DNA of 64,000 nucleotides. Origin: Octopus sinensis. Lineage: Eukaryota. The notes beneath the pieces were generated by a model. It did not search any database, was not told where the DNA came from, and was given only the letters and a program-made list of their open reading frames with translations. Position numbers and translations under genes: made by a program. The stretch is from NCBI RefSeq assembly GCF_006345805.1, contig NC_043000.1:34038001-34102000 (forward strand). Reading direction: 5' to 3'. This document shows, in pieces, positions 23,098-33,597 of the stretch (position 1 is its first letter; each line of letters begins with the position of its first letter).

Positions 23098-23175
23098 GGG
23101 GGAGGGGGCGGGGAGAGCTAGATGAATGAAGGTTCGGAGGTTAGGCGAGAACTTGTTTCTTTCACGTGACTCAGA
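23098..23175 (+). promoter_or_regulatory. Candidate promoter: GC box plus overlapping E-box/AP-1 site
   Basis: GGGGCGGGG at 23105-23113 and TCACGTGACTCA at 23162-23173, just upstream of a CpG-containing region that ends at a consensus donor. Confidence 0.4.
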
Positions 23176-23199
23176 GCAGTTTAATTGATAAAGTAGTAG

Positions 23200-23600
23200 C
23201 AACAAGTGAGGTTGTCATTTGTTGAGGGCGGCGTCGTCGGTGTAGCATGTCGCTCCAGCGTTGGCAACAACAACAACAACAACAACAACAGCGACAACAA
23301 CAACAAGCATGAAGAGAATACTTCTACTATAGGGAAGTTTGTTATTTACTTCAACAAAAACAAGAAAAGAACAACAACAAATTACAACAAAAGGTGTCCC
23401 TCGTTGAAAATGCGTGACCCCTTCGCGTCCCCTATCATTGTATGTCTGCAAGAGTGGGGGACACTAGACGGATCGAACTACAGCCAACAAAGTCAATGGA
23501 ATTTATTCACAGAGAGTTCAGAGTTCGGCTGAGAACCCTGCAGGAATAAATGACCCTTCAAAAACCCCTTAAATCCGCAGCTCTGCTATATCTTCCTCAG
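23200..23600 (+). other. Candidate 5' leader exon of the 649-aa gene (5' boundary approximate)
   Basis: Ends CTTCCTCAG|GTATGT (intron starts 23601). Unique, CpG-containing, several short upstream ORFs. Linkage to the 33598 acceptor is inferred. Confidence 0.45.
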
Positions 23601-23730
23601 GTATGTCATTGTTATGATATATTTTACGATTAGTCTTCATACTTAAGACACAGGCACCTCTGTCGTAACTTCATCGAACTAACAAACTGTACTTTGTTAC
23701 ATAAAATAATGTTCTTTCTATCCCCCAACA

Positions 23731-23960
23731 CACACACACATACAAATGCATAAACGCATACACCCATATACACGCGTACACACACACACACATGTATAAA
23801 CGCATACACGCGTACACACATGTATAAACGCATACACGCATATACACGCGTACACACACATGTATAAACGCATACACCCATATACACGCGTACACACACA
23901 TGTATAAACGCATACACGCATATACACGCGTACACCCATATACATGCGTTCACACACACA
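23731..23960. repeat. Minisatellite of CATGTATAAACGCATACACGCATATACACGCGTACACACA-type units (about 30-42 bp)
   Basis: Five or so variant units, no unique spacers. Confidence 0.85.
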
Positions 23961-24289
23961 CACAGGCAAAGTGTGAGTGTTGTGTATTCGACTGAGTGGT
24001 GCTTCTAATTATGTAATACAGCCAGCATCTATGAAAATACATGACCATCTCTCCTCACTTATGCGTGTGTGTGTGTGTGTGTGTTTGTTTGTCTGTGTGT
24101 GTTTGTTTGTTTGTGTGTGTGTGCGTGTGTGCGTGTTAGGTTCAGCCGCGACTGTATCTAAAGTTTCGTGCCAGTCTCCCTCGATTTTCTTCCTTCATAA
24201 CTTCTGAAAAACGCATATTCTTCAAGGATTTGCGGACATAGCATTGTTCGAGGGTGGGCCTTATGATTATGCTGATCATTGCTTTGGAA

Positions 24290-24570
24290 GGCACATGGCT
24301 TAGTGGTTAGGGTATTCGTCTCACGATCGTATGGTCCTGTGTTTGATTTCCGGAGATGCGCTGTGTCCTTAAACAAGACACTTTATTTCACTTTGCTTCA
24401 GTCCACTCAGTTCGTAAAAATCAGTTGTACCTGTAATTGAAAAGGCCAGCTTTTTCATATTCCACGTCATGTTGAATCTCCCTGAGAACTTCATTAAGGG
24501 CACGCGTGCCTGTAGAGGGATAAACCACTTACACGTTGATAAAATCAACTGGAACCTTCATCACCATAAC
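24290..24570 (+). mobile_element. tRNA-derived SINE with CORE-like domain and family-2-like 3' part
   Basis: GGCTTAGTGGTTAGGG...TGTGTCCTTAAACAAGACACTTTATTTCACTTTGCTTCAGTCCACTCAG...CCACTTACACGTT. Confidence 0.65.
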
Positions 24571-24679
24571 CGCCAGAATGCCCGTTGTTTTGGAAGTATT
24601 AAGGGTCATTCTTTTACATCCTTCCCCGCAGTTGTCTACAACAATTTCCGTAACTTTAGGAATTTATACTTTTTTTAAA

Positions 24680-24950
24680 TGATTTATTTGTCTGAGAGGT
24701 CAGCGTTGCATAATCTATGTCATTTAAAAATAAAGATGTTAGAATTGTGAGGAAGCAAATTCGGGGCGGTGGGGGGCGGAAAGAATGATACGAAAATGGC
24801 CCAAAATTGTTTTGGGAATTTTATCAACATAATTGTACTCTGCAACTTCGGTAAAAAAATATGTCTGCAAAATTTCATAACAAAATATTCATTTATAAAT
24901 ATAGTTACGACGAGACAAAATCGCTGAGGTTGGGGCACCAAACTGTAGTT
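24680..24950 (-). mobile_element. Probable Tc1/mariner-type DNA transposon end fragment
   Basis: Minus strand begins TACAGTTTGGTGCCCC... followed by TGAAATTTTGCAGACATATT, typical of TIR-proximal sequence. Other end not found. Confidence 0.3.
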
Positions 24951-25388
24951 CTCTCTACACATTTTAAGTCGATCAGTTGTGACCTGAGAGAGAGAGAGAG
25001 AGAGAGAGGCAGCGACAAAGACAGAGACAGACAGATACAGACGGACAGAGACAGCGACAGGCTGTGACAGAGAAAGAGAGAGGGAGAGAGATTTGGCTGC
25101 TATTTCTAGCAAGTCAAGCGACGACCATGTAGGCGCAACCTCGTCCTCGTCAAACGTGTGCGCATAAAGGGGATTGTGCGCATGTATGCAGGTGTGCTGC
25201 ATATGTGTAGATTGGTGTGTGTGTGTGCGTGGAGGCATGTAATAGTGGGTGTTTATGTAGGTGAGGCGTATAGTTGCAAATGAAGGCTTGTAGAGGTGCG
25301 ACAGCATGTGCAAAGGTCAACGTCTCAGGATGGGTGCGTTTGCGAACAGGTAAGTGTGTATATGCATATATGTATGTATGTATATATG

Positions 25389-25484
<96 letters not shown>

Positions 25485-25593
25485 GTACACACACACATAT
25501 ATATATGCCAATGTATCTGTTTGTACAGGCAATCGCATATGCATACATGTATGTAGAAACGACCGAGTGTATGTGTGTATGTATATGATAGAT

Positions 25594-25774
25594 CGCTAGC
25601 CACCAAACCTTTTTCTATTTTCTCTTCCTGTTTATTTCTGTGTCCCTTTCTGTAGAAGAGCGTAGGCTCGAAACGTAAAAGACTTTCTCACTTCCCGAGC
25701 GTCATACTAATACATCTGTTTGCTGTTTACACAACCGCCCCCCCACCTTTTTTTCTTTTTGTAAATTCCAACTA
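25594..25774 (+). mobile_element. Penelope-like element terminal repeat fragment with hammerhead-like motif, embedded in microsatellites
   Basis: GAAGAGCGTAGGCTCGAAACGT followed by a T-rich tail, flanked by TG/TA and (GATA)n. Penelope-like assignment is inference from the motif. Confidence 0.5.
25642..25683 (+). ncRNA. Variant minimal type I hammerhead-like motif
   Basis: Stem I GUC(CC)UUU/AAAGAC; core CUGUAGA+A (A6U, extra A); stem II GAGC-guag-GCUC; GAAA; palindromic ACGU stem III; GUA triplet, cut after 25677. Confidence 0.5.
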
Positions 25775-25802
25775 GATAGATAGATAAATAGATAGATAGA
25801 TT

Positions 25803-25881
<79 letters not shown>

Positions 25882-26527
25882 GCTGTATATATGCTTCTGC
25901 GTTAAGTATGTGGCTGAGGTGTGTTCAGACTAATTTAGTGCAATCATTAGTGTGTTTATTAACACAGCCCCCAACCCCACCTATCAACCCTGCTTCGTCC
26001 TAGCCTTTCCTGTGTCTAGTCCCTCACCCCCTTTGTGTCACTGTGGGAATCGTGGTGACAACAACAGTTAATTACTACACGAAACTTTGCCCTTTTATCA
26101 AGCACACCTTATATAAGACAACCAACTACCAGAAATAGCAGTCAAATATTCATATCACACTCAATCTTCTATAAAAAAAAAGAAAAAAATGGAAGTACAC
26201 ATTAGATACTGTAGTCCTAGATATTCACTGTTTGGGGTCGTGAAGGCTGCACATTCTTTGATCATCGGTTTACAATGATCAACGCTAGCCTGGTGTTAGA
26301 GAACAGTAACCTTCTTATATTACTTGCCATGTTAACATGAAAACTACGACAAAATATGAAATACTGAATATTCTGTATTCAAATTTACAGTTACGTTTCA
26401 AAAGAAGTATTTATAGAAAGATCAGACAAATAATTATGAAGTTTGGTTTGCAGGCTCCAAACTTCGGGTTCGATCCCATTTCGGGGCCTCCTAGGTAATT
26501 CTCTTTTTTTTTCTATAGACTTTTCGG

Positions 26528-27519
26528 TCACTGGAATAAACGAGTATTAGTACCAGATTCTAACATATTTGTGATTGTATGGAAGATAACCTTAAACGCC
26601 ACATAAAAGCCTTCAATAATCTGCATATATAACTGGCGGTTACCAGTATTTATGCTTTGGGGGTCACCTTTATAAATCGGGTTAAAGAAGCATGCATCTG
26701 CATCTATCTTGTGAAATATTCCCAGTTGCCGAGTCAAATCCAAACTGTCCAGTTTAATACAGCGTATGTTGGTCATTTCTACGTCGTAACAGAAATTCTG
26801 GGGTCCGTCTTATACACCGGCCCCCGACGACGTCTGCGCTTGTTATTCCTATTTCAAGTTATTTGTCTACGTTTCTGTCTTTTGTATGGCTTCGGTTGGA
26901 CTACCCGGGATGTTTGCAGAGCGACGAAACTGTACTGTACGCGCACATGCAGTATCCAAGCATTGCTGACCTGCGGGCTTATGTGAAACAGATGTTACAG
27001 CGAGTAGTTCGAATCCAACAATCATCCAAGACAATCGTAAAGATCGGCCTCACCTTCCACAAGGCAGGACAGACGGTGTTATTGTCTTGTGGCTATGGCA
27101 TGAGAGGTTTTGTGATGCACGAAGCTGAAAAGATTGAGAAAAACACCTTCTTCTTGAGACAAGCCCTCATCGACATTTTAAAGTTTTACTTGGAATAGAA
27201 AGAGAGGGTGGGAAGGGAAGTGCTCTGCCCCAGAGAATTAATCAAAAAGCGGTCGGGTGTGGCAGAAATGGTTTGGGTGAATAGCCCTCCTCTGAGCATG
27301 CGCTTATTGATTGGAAAACTACAATTGCTCAAGGATTTGTGCCGTTGGGGGGTCACGGTGATCTTGGATCTGTGTAGGTTCTTCATTGGTTCTAGATGGT
27401 GGTTCTCTTGGATGAGGAGGACTGCATCATCCAAGTATTCACATATTTTGCATAGTCTTTCACTTGCTTCATTCATTGAACTGCGCCCATGCTGGGGCGC
27501 GAACTTGAAGAGTTTTTAA
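26528..27519. other. Unidentified coding-like island of about 1 kb with three alternately oriented small ORFs (26528-26776 -, 26863-27198 +, 27186-27476 -)
   Basis: No microsatellites, CpG retained, 30/60 G+C in 26881-26940 by hand count. The + frame is open from 26758 to 27198. The convergent ORFs overlap by 13 nt at their stops. No recognisable domain. Confidence 0.35.
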
Positions 27520-30500
27520 TCGAGCGAATCGACCCCAATACTATTTTTTAAGTCTAGTACTTATTCTATCGGTTTCTTTTGCCAAACCGCTAAGTTACGG
27601 GGGCGTAAACAGACCAACACCGGGTGTCAAGCAGTGGTGGAGGACAAACATACATACTTGTGTGTGTATGTGTGTGCATGTGTGCGTGTACGACGACAAC
27701 TATGATGTTGATAATGGTGGTAGTGATGATGATGATGTTGAAGAGGAGGAGGAGGGTAATGATGATTGAAGGACGACGGGGTAGGTAGTCTATGCATTTT
27801 ATTCTAAGTCAATAGCATAGGAGTTGAGGGAGCTACGGTATTGTTTTTAGCAAGTGAATGTCTTCAGAGTGGTTCCTCCGCTGTTAATGAACTTTTTGTA
27901 AACATCTAATTAGAGACAATCCTTTTCGGGGATAACTAAGACAGCATTGCCTGTTGTGTCCTTCTTTTAAGATGTTCAGGTATGATTTGAGGGAGATTTG
28001 GCTGTTATTTTTAGTTGGTTTAGTACGACCCCATACAAGTTGGTTTGTTGTCCCATATTGTTAGTAGTATTAGTGGTAGTAATGATGGTAGTTTTAGTAG
28101 TAGATATTGTAATAGGGTAGCAACTTTTAGTGGTGGAGTATGGCAAGAAGGGGGGGAGTGCGTGTGTTTAGAAAAGATGAATGAAGAGAGATAAATGCGG
28201 AGAGAGAGAGAGGGGGGAGTGAGAGATGGGGGTGCATGTGAATAACCATCGTTAAAACTCCTAGCGCCACCACCGAGAAATCAATGAGGCGTTTCGTGTT
28301 TGTGAGGAGAATGTTATCCTCTTTCCTGTGTTTTCACTGACACAAAAGAAATTTCACGCTAAGTCAAAGGTCACAGCGTTTAAAAAGGAACATCTCTTAG
28401 AAAAAAACGCAGGTGACTTGTGAAAAGAAACCCTACATATTGACAAGGATGTAGATCAGAAAGAAAATGTTGAAAGTAAAATTACCTTTATGGGTTCGAG
28501 ATAATATTAAAGCGTTGAAATTTAGGGATACAAAGCAACCGCTAATTTTAATGACAAAGGAAATGATTTCATCGCTTAGTTTTTGTGGGTTTTTTTTTTG
28601 TAAGTGATATTTTATTTGAATAAGCTGGTGATATTTGAGTGGGGGTAAATCAAACACCTTTCTATCATCTATTCCCGCTTTACTAACCTTCAGACTCCAC
28701 TCTCCGACCCAGCACATTAATAGATTGATTCCAAGCTACTCTTATGCGTACCATACTATCAAATCTTATTGTCATGAATGAAAAAGAAATGAAAATAAGA
28801 AAAACAGGACTATCTTGAAATCTGATCTGAAGTCTATTGAAGTGTTGTAACAACTTTGTTGGTTACAAACATGAGTGGTCGGTTGGAAAGCCAACAATGA
28901 TGTGTTATTCCAATCATTTTGGGGTCACAGAGCACTTTCCAGTTCATAAACTATCTGGAATCCTCGTTTAGACGAACGGAAGGAAATAAGGAAAAATAAA
29001 AGAACCCCCCCCCCAAAAAAAAATGGAAAAAAAAAAGGAAAGTAGAGTGGTGACTTGGCGGGAACGAAAAAGAGTCGCACAAAACAGAAACTTACAGAAG
29101 CTAGTTTTATCCTTCTACATTTTAAACTACAACCTAGCTGGAGCTAACTTTGTTCTTCATCCGGCTTTAATCGATAAATCCGCTACAACAGCTTAATCAG
29201 GCTGCGCTGTTGTTCTCTTCGCAGTATTTCTGAAACTGGAGGATGATGGAAAAAGTCGGATGACAATTAAAAATCGATGCCCCTTATCAAATTGATATTG
29301 TTCTTTGAGAAGAAATTAAAGAATTTACAGAAATTTATTTCAAGAAAATAATGATAATAATAATGCAGAAAAAATCAGATCATATTAATTGAAAATTAAA
29401 GTATTTCTGCCAATAAATTTCCTGCCTTCTCAGAAATAATGAGACTCTCGACTATATTATTTCGTCCTTCGCATTTGGGAAGACCAAAATCCTTCGGGTT
29501 AACTTTGTCAATACGAAATAAGTTCCATTTATAAAGCTGGAGTTGATTCAACCGATTACACATTCTCTTATCGCAAGGTTTCTAAACTTTGTAATTTTCG
29601 TAAGAAGATCAATAAGATTGGTTATTGATCTTTCCAGTCACAGTACAGTAAGCTAACATCAAATCAACTTTCGTCTGGGTGTAATTTTAATGGGTTAACA
29701 TTTTCTTTTTACTCCCTAAATTAAAATGTTTTAGCTAGGAAACTTAACTAAATATTCATCATGCAGAAGTCATCCCTGGGAAATTTCCCGGCGTCTTTAT
29801 TTTAAATATTCTCATCCATAACTGGGACTTCACGGGCACCCTGTACATTGTCTTCATTATTTTCGTGTTTGGTAAATACGAGTAACATGAAGGAGGGCCA
29901 AAACACGTCTAGGGTTAATCTAACTTACCACTGACCATACTCCCTCCAGTCCATGCTCTCCCTCATTTAAGTATAAACAATTGTAATTTCAGAATTATTT
30001 CCCCACGTCTTTGACAATGGTTATCATTAGTGACAATAATTATTCTTTTAATTACATGTATAGATTATACTAATTAGACTTTTGTTCTGACTCGTTACAT
30101 TATGACTGTGTCCACATCAGGACATTTACATCTAGGTAGACTGGGCCCTGGAGAATTAGATAATGTCCTGGCAACAGACACAATGCTCGACTGAAGATTA
30201 AAAGCAATCGTCTGATCTTTCCATATGTTGTCTTCTTCTTTGACCACTCGACCAATGCTGCTGTAACCCCCCCCCCGCCGAAATTTATAAGAAATTATTA
30301 TTTATCTCAATGTTTTATATTTATGATTGACAAGTGTTAATGGCATTGAGCGGTTAAAAACATCATTGAAATATAAAAAAAATACCCGAGAAAACAACGG
30401 GTATTAAACCGGATCAATCTAAAGTGCAGCTTTAGCTGTCAAAACTAGCACTGACGATGATAACACTTTGTTGACAAAGGAGATGATGATGAGGATGATG

Positions 30501-31759
30501 GTGATGATGAAGATGGGGGAGGTGTTGGTGGCGGAAATGGTGAGGGTGATGAGCGTGATGGTGATAATGGTAGTGACGATGATGGATTTGATGATGATGG
30601 TGGTGGTGGTGGTGGTGGTGGTGGCGAAGCTGGTGATAATGACATTGTTGGGGTGGTAGTAGGGATGGTGCTAACGGTGGCAGTAATGGCGATGGTGGTG
30701 GCGAGGGTAGTAGTAATGGTTTGTAGGAGAACAAGGTATAGAATTTAAGGTTGATGTTCGCATTCGACGGTTATTTGATGAAGTTGCAACAAACATAACT
30801 AAATATGTACATGGCAATGTCCTACACACACACACATACACGTGTGTGTGTCTGTGTGTCTGTGATTAGCACCACCAGGTACATAACACATTTCTAGTTA
30901 CCAAATATTGCTGACAGATTTATAAATAAACCAAATCAACATAATTTCTGAAGCCGCACCAAACTCTGTGTGCGTGTGCGTCTGTGTGTGTGTGTGTGTG
31001 TGTGTGTGTTTGTGTGTGTTCGAATACAATACAAAATGTATATACACATATATATATATATACGTGTGTGCATGTGTATGTATGTATGTATGTATATTGA
31101 CATGTATAGAGGCGTTATGGAGGGCATTTACGGAAATATGAGCAACGAAGAGAAACGTACTTTATAGTATTTAGTAATTCAAGTATTTGCTTGTGTCAGT
31201 GTGTGTGTGTGTGTGTGATAGGAGGAGGACCAGATTTTCCGCTCCACATCAAAAAGTGTGAGCCAGTTTAGATAACTTCCTTTCCGCGCCACTGAACGCA
31301 AATATTGGTAGAACTAGTTTCCTACGGATGTCATATTTATAGCAGTGACAGCAATGTAAATAAACAGCATCTGATAGAGGAGGAGGAGGAGGAGAAGGAG
31401 AAAGAGGAGGGAAGGAGGTGTGATGGCGGCAGCAGCGAAGGAAGGGTGGAGGAACCTATTATATATTCCTCACTCGAAGAAAAATTAAAGAGAGGAGCAT
31501 GCTCAAAACTATCTGCTTCAGTATTAACACACACACACGCACGCATCATAGTCAGCATCATAGTCAGCATCATTTACGTACTCTACTCACGCTAGCATGA
31601 GTTGGACGAGTATTCACAGATCGAGTTAGTCCGTGTTCAGCGTGATATCTTCTCAGAAAACTACGACTCATTAAATATTTTCTACCACCGATTGCTCTTC
31701 CTAATACCAGCCATTCGTCAGGGTACCAATCGTGCATTTTATAACGGCATCAACACCAG

Positions 31760-32155
31760 AGGAACTATCTTCTCCCAAACATAATTCTTTCTTATCCACG
31801 ATATCTCCATTCATCCAAGACCGACAATGTCACAAGAGCCTAATGCCGATGAAGTCCTTGTTTTTAAGTCTTTCTACATATTTTACCGATCTCTATTTGT
31901 CAAACCGCTACTTTATGAGACAAAGAGCTGCCTCAGTTTGAAACGGTATAAGTGCAAACGTTGCTTGTATACATATCTTTGTCGTACAATCAATGCCATT
32001 CCTCCCTGATGTTCTGCAAGGACATGTTTGGTCATGTGGAAATATTACCTCACTTCGAAATAGGTGAAGGGCATCTGGCCGTTGAAAACCTGCTTCAATT
32101 AACTCCGTTCGACCCTCACAATCATGGAAAAGTGGACGTTAAACGATGATGATGA
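31760..32155 (+). mobile_element. Old SINE-like element ending in an RTE-type tail
   Basis: Family-3-like segment (CTCTATTTGTCAAACCGCTA) upstream; ends GAAGGGCATCTGGCCGTTGAAAAC...GTGGACGTTAAACGATGATGATG. Confidence 0.5.
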
Positions 32156-32288
32156 GATTGTTAGCTGGGTGGTAAGGAGCTTGAATCAAGGTATTAATGT
32201 GTGTTATGCGATCAATAGTTGAACTAGCAGGACATAGGCTGACATTGGTTCAGTACTCTGACTGTTTAAGGCGCTAATGGTGGTGGAG

Positions 32289-32329
<41 letters not shown>

Positions 32330-33597
32330 CTTCGTCCAGCATTTCAACTTCTTGTGAGCATCTCCATTGTATTTCTTTCTGCAGCGATCTCGGACCTTGC
32401 TCCTTGCTTCAGGATGCCAAAAGACCTCGAGAAAAGGGATGGCCGAGGGAATTCGGTCGGAGAAGAGAAAAGGATTGTCACGTTTTGGGGAAGACTTCAA
32501 ACGAGGGTTGGGGTGGAGTACGTGAAAAATTTATGATGTTTAATAGCAATGCAGTTGTGACTGGGAATCCTTTTGAATAAAGACATTCCATGTATGACCA
32601 TCATGTCTTTTGTTCAGGCATAGTGTATCTAGGCCAACGTTATTTTATGTATCTTTTTTAATGGCGGCGAGCTGTGATTTAAGGCAGATTTGTTAGCTAA
32701 TTCTTGTAGGCTTTGCTCAATGTATGTATATGTTGAAAGTGATGGTCATATAAAATGGATGGTTGAATAACAAAGTGGGAAGAGTGTATTTAAAGCCATA
32801 AAGGGTATGACGTTAGACTTTCACACTCCATACCCTGCACGGACAAACACACACATGCACACACAAACGCACATGCATAGAACTTGTTTGGCGTCATATC
32901 AATAAAATGATGACGATGTTGATCACAGTGGTAGTGATGATGATGATGATGATAATGATCATCATCATCATCATCATTGTTCAAGGAGAAAGATGAACAC
33001 TTATGCGTTAACTAGTTTTTTTACAAATGAATGCGGTTATGTAACTTGTAAAGGCGACAGGCTGTATCTTGTGACTTAATTACTTCAACAAAATTCTGAG
33101 AGAGATTTCAAAGTCACGAGATGTTACTAATGGATTCCATTCTTCATATAAATGTAGAGATAATTAGCGAAAATAATGGAAACAGAAAAGAATTTATCAA
33201 ATTGTTTTTCACTTCTTTTTCAATGCATTTTGTTTTGTTTCTAGCGAAGTTACTCGTGCTTTTGTGTCACGAAGGCTATAAAACTTACACAATTCCCGTT
33301 ATAACCGCTAGCAATCACGATCCACAACATCATATTCTCCAATTTTATATATTTTCTCTATCACATGGTCTTCTGATATTTTCATTCTTCGATTACAAAC
33401 CTAAAAATTTCTTTTATTTTATTTTTACAGCGTATTTTAAAAAATAACTTTTTTTCGATTTTTATCTCAAATTAGTTCCATTAAAAGTTCCTCAATTTTT
33501 TAATATATTTTTTTATTATAATTTGTGAAGACAATATTACTCTTCTTTAAACTGTTTTTCTTAACTTTCATTGTCTTTCTTTTTCTATCTCTTTCAG

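Noticed and set aside
23731-23960. Regularly repeated 30-42-bp units (CRISPR-like periodicity)
   Set aside because: No unique spacers, units derive from CA/TA repeats, eukaryotic context and no cas genes.
29605-29632. 11-bp perfect hairpin AAGATCAATAA/TTATTGATCTT
   Set aside because: AT-rich and isolated; too short for a pre-miRNA, and bacterial-type terminators are irrelevant in this genome.
30432-30734. His/Pro/Ser-rich ORFs
   Set aside because: Products of mixed (GAT)n/(GGT)n triplet repeats with no exon signals.
32385-32536. Acceptor TTTCTTTCTGCAG followed by MPKDLEKRDGRG...
   Set aside because: No good donor downstream; at most a possible alternative leader exon.
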